Assembly: GCA_016281255.1 (NCBI GenBank)
Contig: JAEEIG010000037.1
Coordinates: 453 to 64,452 of the forward strand
Length of the DNA stretch: 64,000 bases
DNA from: Bacteroidales bacterium
Lineage (GTDB): Bacteria > Bacteroidota > Bacteroidia > Bacteroidales > WCHB1-69
Reading direction: 5' to 3'
Positions 10,017-18,978 of this stretch are shown in pieces. A model generated the notes under the pieces. The model was not told the DNA's origin. It did no database searches and saw only the letters and a program-made list of their open reading frames with translations. The translations under genes were made by a program, and so were the position numbers. The stretch's first letter is position 1; each line of letters opens with the position of its first letter.

Positions 10017-10627
10017 AATGCGGTATTTGAATGATATTGGTCGTTGATTTCTTCGATAAAACACAGGATTTCCTCCTTGCCTGTGCCGGAGACGGCGGAG
10101 GATTTCAGCATGGAGGGCAGCTCTTCCCAGCTTTCCGCCAGCACGTTTTTCATCTTCTGTACATTGCTCATCGTTTTGCTTGTTGAGTTTTTGTCGGTTT
10201 TGGTGAAGATGATGGCGAAAGGTATGCCTTTCTCGCCTAAATTGTTGATGAAGGCGATGTCGATTTGCTGAGGTTCGAGGCGGGCATCCACCAGAACGAA
10301 GACCAGTTGCAGGTTTTCGCGGAACATCAGGTAGTCGGAAATCATCTTTTGCCATTTCTCCCGGTTCGTTTTGGAAGTTTTGGCAAAACCGTACCCGGGC
10401 AGGTCCACAAGATACCAGTTTTTGTTGATGAGGAAGTGGTTGATAGTCTGTGTTTTGCCTGGCTTTGAGGAGGTTTTGGCCAGACTTTTGTTGTTCACCA
10501 ACATATTGATGAGTGAGGATTTTCCCACGTTGGAGCGCCCGATGAAGGCGTATTCGGGGAGGTTGGGCGCGGGACATTTGCGCCAGTCTGCCTCGCTTTG
10601 CAGGTATATGGCGGTTTTGATGATCAT
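10013..10627 (-). CDS. engB: ribosome biogenesis GTPase YsxC/EngB
   Basis: 204 aa. G1 motif GRSNVGKSSLIN, then DLPGYG and TKTDK. Confidence 0.9.
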   Translation of the reverse strand: MIIKTAIYLQSEADWRKCPAPNLPEYAFIGRSNVGKSSLINMLVNNKSLAKTSSKPGKTQTINHFLINKNWYLVDLPGYGFAKTSKTNREKWQKMISDYLMFRENLQLVFVLVDARLEPQQIDIAFINNLGEKGIPFAIIFTKTDKNSTSKTMSNVQKMKNVLAESWEELPSMLKSSAVSGTGKEEILCFIEEINDQYHSNTAL

Positions 10628-10634
10628 AGGGACG

Positions 10635-11966
10635 TTATCTTCTTGCCAACCATTCGTTGGGGTTCACATATCGGTCGTTTTTCCAAATCTCGAAGTGCAG
10701 TTCATAGGTGTTGGAGGTCTGACTTTGGGCCACCATGCCGATGGTTTGCTTTGTTGTCACTTTGTCTCCTTTCTTCACTCTTGCAGATGAAAGGTTTTGA
10801 TAAACAGTGAGATATTCTCCATGTCGGATCATCACAACGGTGGTTCCCATGATATTCATGACGCCGGTGACCACGCCGTCGAACACCGCCCGTGCGGGAG
10901 TGCCGGCCTCCACCATGATGTCGATGCCGTGGTTTTCAATCTGTACGGAGGGCACGTCAGGGTGGGGATAGTTGCCGAAGTCGCTCACTTTGGCTCCTTT
11001 TGCCACGGGCCATGGCAGTTTTCCTTTGTTATTGATGAAGGAGGTGTTCAGGGTGGCCTCTTCGGGCGTCAGCGTGATGGCGGTGGTTGCTCTTGAGGAT
11101 GTTGACGAACTGGTTGACGAAGAGGCAGATGAAGCAGAGGAGCTTCCTGACGAGGCTTTTCCGCCAGACGATTTGCCGCTCTTTTTGGAACGTTCCGCGT
11201 TGGCTTTCGCGATTTCCGCCTTCACGGCACGTTGGATAGCCGCGTCAAGCTCCTTGCGCTGTTGCTGTTTTTTCTTCAGGTCCGCATTCAGCTTCTGCGA
11301 CTCCTTCCTGAGCTTTTCAGCGTTCTGTGTCTTCTTCCGCCGGTCGTTTTCCAGATTCTTGATTTCCTTTTCTTTGGAGGAGAGTGTGACCAGCTTGTCG
11401 TTTTTCAGCATCACAATCTCCTCGTTTTTTTTCGTCAACTCTTGGGTGGTCTTGTGGATGCGTTCCGACTGTTCCCGGACGTTTCTGGAGAAGATGGCGA
11501 AATAGCGCATACGGCGGAACATTTGGGAGAAATCTTCGGCGGCTAAGATGAAGGTCACTTTGTCGAGTAGTCGGCGGTTCCGGTAGGCGTTATACACCAT
11601 CTGCGCGTAATCTGCTTTCATGTAGGCCAGACGCTTTTCCAATTGCTTGATTTCTTGTGTGTTCTGCTCTTGCTCGTCCTCCATTTGGATGATTTGTGAG
11701 TTCAGATTGGTGATCATCTTCTCGCGGTTCTGGATTTGCTGACGGAGGAGAGCTGCCTGCTGCACGGCCGCTTTTTGGTTCGATTCGTTCTTTTTCAGCA
11801 GTTTTTGCGTGTTGGCAATCTCATTTTCAATCTTCTGCTTGTCCTTTTTGAGCTGCGTGCTGCTCTTGCCGTTCTGCGCAAAGACGGGCGACGAGAGCAG
11901 CAGCACTGCCATCAGGGTGAGTGTGCAAAGGACTTTGGGACAATATGTGGATGTAAACTTCTTCAT
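10635..11966 (-). CDS. M23 peptidase family murein hydrolase (EnvC-like, coiled-coil N-terminal part)
   Basis: The ATG at 11966 gives signal peptide MKKFTSTYCPKVLCTLTLMAVLLLSSPVFAQ. A long K/E/Q coiled coil and an S-rich linker follow. The C-terminal M23 domain reads GIDIMVEAGTPARAVFDGVV...HFEIWKN. Confidence 0.8.
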   Translation of the reverse strand: MKKFTSTYCPKVLCTLTLMAVLLLSSPVFAQNGKSSTQLKKDKQKIENEIANTQKLLKKNESNQKAAVQQAALLRQQIQNREKMITNLNSQIIQMEDEQEQNTQEIKQLEKRLAYMKADYAQMVYNAYRNRRLLDKVTFILAAEDFSQMFRRMRYFAIFSRNVREQSERIHKTTQELTKKNEEIVMLKNDKLVTLSSKEKEIKNLENDRRKKTQNAEKLRKESQKLNADLKKKQQQRKELDAAIQRAVKAEIAKANAERSKKSGKSSGGKASSGSSSASSASSSTSSSTSSRATTAITLTPEEATLNTSFINNKGKLPWPVAKGAKVSDFGNYPHPDVPSVQIENHGIDIMVEAGTPARAVFDGVVTGVMNIMGTTVVMIRHGEYLTVYQNLSSARVKKGDKVTTKQTIGMVAQSQTSNTYELHFEIWKNDRYVNPNEWLARR

Positions 11967-11983
11967 CTGAAAAACACAACCTG

Positions 11984-11991
11984 CAAAAATA
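11984..11991 (-). promoter_or_regulatory. putative -7 box for the M23 peptidase gene
   Basis: TATTTTTG on the minus strand, 17 nt upstream of the ATG at 11966. This supports the shorter start. Confidence 0.45.
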
Positions 11992-12080
11992 ACAGATATT
12001 TGCCAAATATCCAATTGGTTTGGCATATTTTATGAACAACCTCCCGTTGATGAGGTGTAACGGCGAATCGGTGAATATTG

Positions 12081-12088
12081 TATTTTTG
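12081..12088 (+). promoter_or_regulatory. putative -7 box for pnuC
   Basis: TATTTTTG lies 25 nt upstream of the ATG at 12114. Confidence 0.45.
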
Positions 12089-12113
12089 CCGCCGAATTTT
12101 TTTTTGACGAGTT

Positions 12114-12701
12114 ATGTCCATGGATCAGATTATCGAGATTATCGCAGCGGTCATCGGGTTGACCTATCTTTTTCTGGAATACAAGGCCAGTGTCTGGCTC
12201 TGGCCGGTCGGCATCCTGATGTCGCTGTTTTACGTGACGGTCTATATAACAGGCAAATTCTATGCGGATGCCGCGTTGCAAGTCTATTACATCGGGGCAA
12301 ATGTCTATGGTCTGCTGAAATGGACGGTTTCGCGCAGGCGTGGGAGCGGGAGACCGGGATTGGAGAAGGGGGAACTGGAAATCTGCCGCACACCCAAGCG
12401 GCTTTGGCTGCCGTTGTCGCTCGTTTCCGCTCTCCTTTGGCTGCTTCTTTACCTGATATTACGTACCTGTACCGACAGTCCGGTACCGGTCGGCGATGCG
12501 TTCACCACCGCCCTCAGCATCGTCGCCATGTGGATGCTCTCCAGAAAGTATATCGAGCAGTGGTTCTTTTGGGTGGCCGTCAATGTGGTTTGCGTGGCAC
12601 TCTACTTCTGGAAGGGACTCTATCCCACGGGGATTCTCTACTGTGTGTATGTGATTGTGGCAGTCCTCGGTTATTTCCGTTGGAAAAAAGAGATGGCATA
12701 A
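12114..12701 (+). CDS. pnuC: nicotinamide riboside transporter PnuC
   Basis: 195 aa, multi-TM. N-terminal sequence IIEIIAAVIGLTYLFLEYKASVWLWPVG is typical of PnuC. Confidence 0.85.
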   Translation: MSMDQIIEIIAAVIGLTYLFLEYKASVWLWPVGILMSLFYVTVYITGKFYADAALQVYYIGANVYGLLKWTVSRRRGSGRPGLEKGELEICRTPKRLWLPLSLVSALLWLLLYLILRTCTDSPVPVGDAFTTALSIVAMWMLSRKYIEQWFFWVAVNVVCVALYFWKGLYPTGILYCVYVIVAVLGYFRWKKEMA

Positions 12702-12706
12702 CAAAA

Positions 12707-12734
12707 GTAGAGACGTGCCATGGCGCGTCCCTAC
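12707..12734. terminator. palindromic GTAGRGACG element (bidirectional terminator between pnuC and purD)
   Basis: GTAGAGACGTGCCA/TGGCGCGTCCCTAC imperfect palindrome between convergent genes. It belongs to the same family as 18930 and 39496. Confidence 0.5.
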
Positions 12735-12761
12735 AAATGGAAATCATGGTGGCGATATGGG

Positions 12762-14024
12762 CTACAGTGCCTGCCAGCCGATGTCGTTGCGGAAGAAGAG
12801 GTCGGGATGTGCCATCCTGGCAACGCCTTGATAGGCATCTTGCTGCGCCTCTTTGAGGGTTGTGCCTTTGCCCACCACGAACAGCACGCGGCCGCCGTTG
12901 GAGAGCAGTTGTCCGTTTTCCTCTTTTACACCCATGCAGAAGACCTGTTGCGGAATGCCGGCGGGATTGTTCAGCGGGATGTTTTTGGAATAGCTCCCGG
13001 GGTAGCCTTTGGCCGCCAACACCACACCCAAGAATGCCTCTTCATGAAATTCGGGCTTGACCTCTTTGTTGTCCAGCACATCCAGGATCATCTGGGTGAG
13101 GTCGCTTTTGAGCTTGGGCAGTACCACCTCCGTTTCGGGGTCGCCGAAGCGGGCGTTGAATTCGATCACTTTCGGACCCTCTTTCGTGAGCATCAAGCCG
13201 CCGTAGAGGACTCCGCAGAAGGGACAACCCTCTGTCATCAAGGCTTTTGCGGTCGGTTTCATGATGTGCTCCACTGCCCAGTCGATTTGCGCCTGCGGGA
13301 TGACGGGAACGGGCGCGTAAGCCCCCATTCCGCCGGTGTTCGGACCCTTGTCGCCGTCATAGGCGCGTTTGTGGTCCTGTGCAATGACGAGCGGCACGAC
13401 CTGTTCGCCGTTGACCAATGTGAGCAGCGAGAATTCGGGGCCTTGCAGGAACTCTTCCATCACCACCTTGCCTTTGCCGAAACGGTTGTCCAATAGCATG
13501 TCTTTCAATGCGTTGTCGGCTTCTTCCGTGGACATAGCGACCACCACGCCCTTGCCGGCAGCCAATCCATCGTACTTGATGACGATGGGAGCGCCCTGCT
13601 CGTCAAGATACTGCTTGGCGGCCTCGTAATCCTCGAACGTGCGGTAGGCGGCGGTGGGAATGTGGTACTTCCGCATCAAATCTTTGGCAAATTCCTTGCT
13701 GCTTTCGATGCGGGCAGCGGCGGCTGTCGGGGCGAAGATGCGCAGCCCGGCGGTGCGGAACACCGTGGCGATGTCGTTGGCAAGCGCGGCTTCCGGTCCA
13801 ACCACGGTCAGGTCAATATGGTTCTCTATGGCGAAATCGCGCAACGCTTCGGTCGCGTTTTCGTCGATGTTCACCAGCGTCACTTGTGCGCCGGTCTGTC
13901 CGGTGATGAGCCGCATTCCGACATTGCCCGGGGCGACAAAAATCTCAGGTTTCAGAGCCGATTGGGCCATTTTCCAAGCGATGGCGTGTTCGCGGCCACC
14001 GCGTCCGATTACTAATACTTTCAT
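12762..14024 (-). CDS. purD: phosphoribosylamine--glycine ligase
   Basis: The ATG at 14024 gives MKVLVIGRGGREHAIAWK, followed by an ATP-grasp body. The upstream extension in the track has no homology-like features. Confidence 0.95.
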   Translation of the reverse strand: MKVLVIGRGGREHAIAWKMAQSALKPEIFVAPGNVGMRLITGQTGAQVTLVNIDENATEALRDFAIENHIDLTVVGPEAALANDIATVFRTAGLRIFAPTAAAARIESSKEFAKDLMRKYHIPTAAYRTFEDYEAAKQYLDEQGAPIVIKYDGLAAGKGVVVAMSTEEADNALKDMLLDNRFGKGKVVMEEFLQGPEFSLLTLVNGEQVVPLVIAQDHKRAYDGDKGPNTGGMGAYAPVPVIPQAQIDWAVEHIMKPTAKALMTEGCPFCGVLYGGLMLTKEGPKVIEFNARFGDPETEVVLPKLKSDLTQMILDVLDNKEVKPEFHEEAFLGVVLAAKGYPGSYSKNIPLNNPAGIPQQVFCMGVKEENGQLLSNGGRVLFVVGKGTTLKEAQQDAYQGVARMAHPDLFFRNDIGWQAL

Positions 14025-15412
14025 TGTTCCTTTGTTATGGCGAACCCGTTGTAACGCGTCATCACCTCTTCCACGTAGTTGACAGTGTGCTTTCCAGGAT
14101 AATACCCGCATTTTACCACAGGGTCGCGGTAATACTCTTTATGTGATTTCTTGATCAGATATTCCGATACTTTTGACCATTTGGTGTGGTCGTCTTCATA
14201 TTTCTTGCATAGTTCAATGGCGTCGAGGATGTGTCCGGGACCGGAGTTGTAGGCACCCGCCACAAAATAATAGAGGTCCGCGGTATCCACTTTGTCTTTG
14301 AAAATGTTGCACAGGAACGAGATGTATCTCGCACCGGCCCAGATTTGCTCTTCCACGGACGAAGAGTCGGTGATGCCGTAGCGTTCGCAGGTGACAGGCA
14401 TCATCTGCATCACGCCATAGCTGCCGCCGAAACCCACCAAGTCGGGAATGAACCGCGACTCCTGGTAGATAATGGCCGAGATCAGCCGCCAGTCGAAATC
14501 GTAGCGGGCCGCCGCCTTTTTCAGCACCCCGTCATAGTGCGACGTGCTGTTCTTGCTCTTGCCGAACGAGCGTGAGATGATGTAGGAGTGGGGCGACAAA
14601 TATTTTTCGCAAAGAGACTGGTATTTGTTGGTCTCCTTGAAATTGGCAAGCCATTGATTGATGGAGTCGTTGAATGCTTTGTTGTGGTTGTTCAGAATCC
14701 AGGTGCGGGGGAAGTTCTCGCCCACCCGCGGTCCGATGGTCAGCTGTGTGTAGAACGGCATCAGGGTGATGGCCACATTGTAGTTGCACACGGCGTAATC
14801 GATGCTCTTGTCCACCAGCATGTCCATCAAATCCTCGATGGCCAAGTCGGGGTTGTGTTGCACTTTCCAAGATTTCGGGTTTTCCAATGAGCCGAAATCC
14901 AGTTGATTGTAATACTTTGCGGAGGTGTGGACCAAATGCGGAAGCGTGTCGTAGGCGGAATCTTTCTTCCGCATGATCAGCACAGGATAGGTATATACAA
15001 TCGGCTCGGAAACGGTGATGTAGTAGGGTTCGAAGTTGGACTTGTCGAAGTCGAAGCAGACGATATCGTATTTGTTGGAAAGGGCGGTGAGGAACATGCT
15101 TTCAGCGTCGGCCTCGATGGTGATGTCCACGGGCCGGTGGAAATCTTTTTCCAATTGTTTCAGAATATCGTATTGGAAACCGATGACAGACCCTTGATAT
15201 ACAAAGTAATCGGCAGCATGGTAAAACAGGCACACGGAAAGCGTGTCGCTACGTTCTGGTTGTTTCCTCTCAAGCTTGGCAATGTGAAGGTTTGGGACTT
15301 TCAGCACATGTCCGCGCCACAACACGACGATGGCGAGCAGGAGAGATGCGATTAATAGAAATAGATAACTAAGGTGTTTCCTATTCAAAATCAAGGATTT
15401 AGTTAGTCTCAA
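14021..15412 (-). CDS. membrane-bound lytic transglycosylase (MltF-like: solute-binding domain + SLT domain)
   Basis: 463 aa with an N-terminal TM anchor. SLT motifs IIYQESRF and AGAYNSGPGHI. Confidence 0.75.
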   Translation of the reverse strand: MRLTKSLILNRKHLSYLFLLIASLLLAIVVLWRGHVLKVPNLHIAKLERKQPERSDTLSVCLFYHAADYFVYQGSVIGFQYDILKQLEKDFHRPVDITIEADAESMFLTALSNKYDIVCFDFDKSNFEPYYITVSEPIVYTYPVLIMRKKDSAYDTLPHLVHTSAKYYNQLDFGSLENPKSWKVQHNPDLAIEDLMDMLVDKSIDYAVCNYNVAITLMPFYTQLTIGPRVGENFPRTWILNNHNKAFNDSINQWLANFKETNKYQSLCEKYLSPHSYIISRSFGKSKNSTSHYDGVLKKAAARYDFDWRLISAIIYQESRFIPDLVGFGGSYGVMQMMPVTCERYGITDSSSVEEQIWAGARYISFLCNIFKDKVDTADLYYFVAGAYNSGPGHILDAIELCKKYEDDHTKWSKVSEYLIKKSHKEYYRDPVVKCGYYPGKHTVNYVEEVMTRYNGFAITKEQ

Positions 15413-15806
15413 CCATCAAGATGGTCTTGTCGGTCGTCTCACCTTCGTTCACCTGGACTTGCGTGGTGCCGGTGTATTTCTTGGCAATGCCGTCGATGGT
15501 GTCATACTTCACTGCGTTGACAATCAGCAAGGCGGGGTATTTGAGGGTGTACGTGAAAACGCCGCTGGCATTGGTCGGAACATCCTGCACACTTGAAATG
15601 GCGGGGTCGATGGCCAATCCGGCGTTGTATTTGACAGTGTCGAAGGAGATGAGTGCGAAGGGCACCACCGAGTCGCCGTTCATGCCGTCCTCGGAATAAT
15701 AGCAGGTGACCCGCATGTTGCAGGAGTGGTCTTTCTTGCATTGAGCGAAAAACAGCACGCCAACCAAGGCCATCATTATCGGCAAAAATACTTTCAACTT
15801 TTTCAT
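15399..15806 (-). CDS. hypothetical small lipoprotein
   Basis: 135 aa. Signal/lipobox MKKLKVFLPIMMALVGVLFFAQC. No recognisable family. Confidence 0.4.
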   Translation of the reverse strand: MKKLKVFLPIMMALVGVLFFAQCKKDHSCNMRVTCYYSEDGMNGDSVVPFALISFDTVKYNAGLAIDPAISSVQDVPTNASGVFTYTLKYPALLIVNAVKYDTIDGIAKKYTGTTQVQVNEGETTDKTILMVETN

Positions 15807-15832
15807 AAATCTTCATTTTATAAAACGAATCG

Positions 15833-15840
15833 CAAAAATA
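15833..15840 (-). promoter_or_regulatory. putative -7 box for the 15806 lipoprotein / mltF / purD operon
   Basis: TATTTTTG on the minus strand, 26 nt upstream of the ATG at 15806. Confidence 0.45.
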
Positions 15841-15955
15841 TAAAATATTTCGTAACGTACCATCAATTCATTTTATTATCCGGCAAAATATTTGTTTTTG
15901 CATTTTAATCATCAGGAAAAAATCGAGCGGGCTTTGAACATATTTGATATTTTTA

Positions 15956-15963
15956 TATTTTTG
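15956..15963 (+). promoter_or_regulatory. putative -7 box for lspA
   Basis: TATTTTTG lies 48 nt upstream of the start at 16012. Confidence 0.4.
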
Positions 15964-16011
15964 CCGTCCCTTAGGGGGACAAGTCATTATTCAGATTAAA
16001 AAACAGATAAA

Positions 16012-16677
16012 TTGAAAAAGAAATACGCGTGGATTGGGGCGGTTGTGGTGCTTTTGCTCATCATCATTGATCAAATCATCAAATTTTGGGTGAAAACACA
16101 CATGTCGATAGGTCAGACGATTCCGTTGTTGGGCCAATGGTGCAATCTCCATTTTGTGGAAAACGAAGGGATGGCGTTCGGCATCAGTTTCGGGCAGCAA
16201 GTGGGTAAATTGTTGCTTTCCCTGCTCCGTGTTGGTTTGGTGGGGCTGCTATGTTGGTACTTCGCCCGGCTGGTGAAACGCGACAAGATGGACGGCGTGG
16301 TGCTGACGGTCTTCTGCCTGGTCATTGCCGGTGCGTTCGGGAACATCATCGACAGTATGTTCTACGGTCTCTTTTTCACCGAGAGCAACTTCCTGGAGGT
16401 GGCGCAGTGGTCGCCCGGCCACGGCTATGCACCCTTCTTTTTCGGCAAGGTGGTGGATATGTTCTACCTGAAGCTCTTCCTTATTCCCGAAAAGTTCCCG
16501 CTCTGGGGCGGCTCCTACTTCTTCCCGGCCATCTTCAACTTCGCGGATGCCTGCATTACCGTGGGCATCGTCCTTGCCATTGTTTTCAACAAGCGGATTT
16601 TCAGCGATTTGGAAAATCCTCAAAAAAATAATGTAGCAAATCAGGAGGAGGGAGCATCTATTGGTAAAAGTGAATAG
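16012..16677 (+). CDS. lspA: lipoprotein signal peptidase II
   Basis: 221 aa with motifs NEGMAFGI and FNFADACITVG. The start codon is TTG; there is no in-frame ATG near the N-terminus. Confidence 0.85.
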   Translation: MKKKYAWIGAVVVLLLIIIDQIIKFWVKTHMSIGQTIPLLGQWCNLHFVENEGMAFGISFGQQVGKLLLSLLRVGLVGLLCWYFARLVKRDKMDGVVLTVFCLVIAGAFGNIIDSMFYGLFFTESNFLEVAQWSPGHGYAPFFFGKVVDMFYLKLFLIPEKFPLWGGSYFFPAIFNFADACITVGIVLAIVFNKRIFSDLENPQKNNVANQEEGASIGKSE

Positions 16678-16745
16678 TGAACAGGCTCGCCGGTCGCTAA
16701 TCAAAAACAAAAATCAAACAATTCAACAAATAAAAAAACAAACAA

Positions 16746-18905
16746 ATGAAGGTATTAACATTTCTGAAAAAACAACTGCTGTTACTGGCAGTGATGGCCA
16801 TCACGGCACCGGTTTTCGCCGTGAATCCGCCTGATGAAGGCATGTGGTTGCCGATGTTCATCAAAAATTACAACTATGCACAGATGCAGAAGATGGGTCT
16901 GAAACTGACCGCTGAGCAACTGTACGACATCAACCACTCCTCCCTGAAGGACGCTATCGTGCAACTCGGCGACGGCTTCTGCACGGGCGAGATTGTCTCC
17001 AAAGACGGTCTGATGTTCACCAACCACCACTGCGGTTACTCTTCAGTGGTCGCACTCTCCTCCGTGGAGCATGACTACCTCAACAACGGCTTCTTCGCCA
17101 TGAGCAAGGAAGAGGAACTTCCCGTGGATTTCCATGTGCATTTTCTTGAAAGAATGGAAGATGTGACCAGCATCGTGTTGGCCAAAGTGGACAACAACAC
17201 TTCCGAAAACGACCGCGCAAAATACGTGGAAGAGGCCATCAAGAAACTGAAAAAGGACAATTCCGCCGACGGCCGCTACAAAGTGGTGGTGAAACCCTTC
17301 TATGAAGGCAACGAGTACTACATGTTCGTGTACACCATGTATGAGGACGTGCGCCTTGTGGTGGCTCCCCCGAGTGCCATCGGTAAATTCGGCGGCGATA
17401 CCGATAACTGGATGTGGCCTCGTCATACCGGCGACTTCACTGTGTTCCGCATCTACACCGCCCCCGACGGTTCCCCCGCGAAATATTCCAAGGACAATGT
17501 CCCGATGAAACCGAAACACTATCTGCCCATCAGCTTGAAGGGTTATCAGCCTGGTGATTACACCATGATTTGGGGTTATCCCGGCACCACCAACCGCTTC
17601 ATGACCTCTTACGAGGTGCAGAACGAGATCAATATCAACGCTCCGGCAATTTACGAGCCTCTCGATGTGATGCTTCCCGTGATGCACGACGCCATGGAGT
17701 CTTCACAAAAGGTGAATCTGCAATATGCTGACAAACACGCTGGCTTGGCTAACTACTGGAAAAACCAGCATGGTGAGGTGAAGAGCTTGATCGCCCTTAA
17801 AGTGGTGGAATCCAAGGCAAAACAAGAGGCTGAACTGACCAAATGGATTAACGCTGACAAGGCTCGTAAAGAAAAGTACGGCAAATGTCTGAGCGAAATC
17901 GAGAAGATCTGCAAATCTGTTGACGGTGCAAGATATAAATCCGTGATGAATGCCAACCTGCAGTTCAGCGCATCTCCCACGCTGTTGGCTACTTTGCGTC
18001 TCCAAGGACAAATGAAACTCGACAAGGGTCAGAAGAAATACGACGACTCCAAAGTGGAGAAATTGCTGAAGAATTTCGACAATTACAACAATGACACCGA
18101 TCCCGCCACGGAGGCTAAACTCGTGGTGGCCGCTCTGAAGACCTGGAATAATCACGCTGAAAACAATCGTCCCGACCTCACTTTCTTCACGAAGAATTAC
18201 AAGGGCAATTATGACGCATTTGAAAAAGCGATGTTGAACTCCATCTTTGTCAGCAAGGAGAATTTCGAGAAATTCGTTAACAAACCTTCCAACAAAGTGC
18301 TGGAAAGCGATCCCGCTTATCAGTATTATCAGGCTATCTTCCAATACATTATCACAAACACCGCTGTCTTCCAGATTGATGATCAGCTGGAGGTCCCGCG
18401 CCGCACTTTCATCGCAGCCTTGAAGGAGATGAACGCTTCCACCCCGATGTATCCGGATGCCAACAGCACCATGCGTACCACCTTCGGTACCATCTGCGAC
18501 TACTATCCCGCTGACGGTGTGCACTATAACTACTACACCACCACGAAGGGTATTCTCGAAAAAGAGGTTCCCGGAGACTTCGAGTTTGACGTTCCCGCCA
18601 AGCTGAAAGACCTCATCCTGAAGAAAGATTTCGGTCAATATTTGGATAAGGACGGCACCATGCACGTCTGCTTCCTCTCTAATAACGACATCACCGGCGG
18701 TAACTCCGGAAGCCCGATCATGAACGGCAACGGCGAGCTCATCGGTTTGGCTTTCGACGGCAACTGGGAGGCTTTGAGCAGCGACATCGTCTTCAACACC
18801 GAATTGCAACGCTGTATCAACGTTGACGTTCGTTATGTCCTCTTCGTCATCGACAAGTTCGGCGGTGCCGGTTACCTGTTGAAGGAAATGGATATTCGCA
18901 AATAA
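16746..18905 (+). CDS. S46 family dipeptidyl-peptidase (DPP7/DPP11-like)
   Basis: 719 aa with a signal peptide. Motifs DEGMWLP, catalytic His FTNHHCG and catalytic Ser GGNSGSP. Confidence 0.9.
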   Translation: MKVLTFLKKQLLLLAVMAITAPVFAVNPPDEGMWLPMFIKNYNYAQMQKMGLKLTAEQLYDINHSSLKDAIVQLGDGFCTGEIVSKDGLMFTNHHCGYSSVVALSSVEHDYLNNGFFAMSKEEELPVDFHVHFLERMEDVTSIVLAKVDNNTSENDRAKYVEEAIKKLKKDNSADGRYKVVVKPFYEGNEYYMFVYTMYEDVRLVVAPPSAIGKFGGDTDNWMWPRHTGDFTVFRIYTAPDGSPAKYSKDNVPMKPKHYLPISLKGYQPGDYTMIWGYPGTTNRFMTSYEVQNEININAPAIYEPLDVMLPVMHDAMESSQKVNLQYADKHAGLANYWKNQHGEVKSLIALKVVESKAKQEAELTKWINADKARKEKYGKCLSEIEKICKSVDGARYKSVMNANLQFSASPTLLATLRLQGQMKLDKGQKKYDDSKVEKLLKNFDNYNNDTDPATEAKLVVAALKTWNNHAENNRPDLTFFTKNYKGNYDAFEKAMLNSIFVSKENFEKFVNKPSNKVLESDPAYQYYQAIFQYIITNTAVFQIDDQLEVPRRTFIAALKEMNASTPMYPDANSTMRTTFGTICDYYPADGVHYNYYTTTKGILEKEVPGDFEFDVPAKLKDLILKKDFGQYLDKDGTMHVCFLSNNDITGGNSGSPIMNGNGELIGLAFDGNWEALSSDIVFNTELQRCINVDVRYVLFVIDKFGGAGYLLKEMDIRK

Positions 18906-18929
18906 TTTTCGGTTTTTGTGAAACCCTGT

Positions 18930-18966
18930 CGTAGAGACGCGATTCATCGCGTCTCTACGTGTTTTT
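18930..18966. terminator. bidirectional terminator (GTAGAGACG palindrome) between the S46 peptidase gene and recG
   Basis: CGTAGAGACGCGA-ttca-TCGCGTCTCTACG followed by TGTTTTT. Confidence 0.7.
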
Positions 18967-18978
18967 AAAGGTCAGGTA

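Noticed and set aside
9564-10577. 337-aa track ORF extending the META-domain gene upstream
   Set aside because: The upstream 187 aa overlap engB in another frame and translate to Arg/Gln/His-rich junk. A clean lipoprotein signal starts at the internal ATGATG (10016), 4 nt from the engB stop.
12020-12856. 278-aa plus-strand ORF overlapping pnuC
   Set aside because: It is out of frame with the clearly recognisable PnuC ORF (12114-12701). It has an Arg/Gly-rich composition and no family resemblance.
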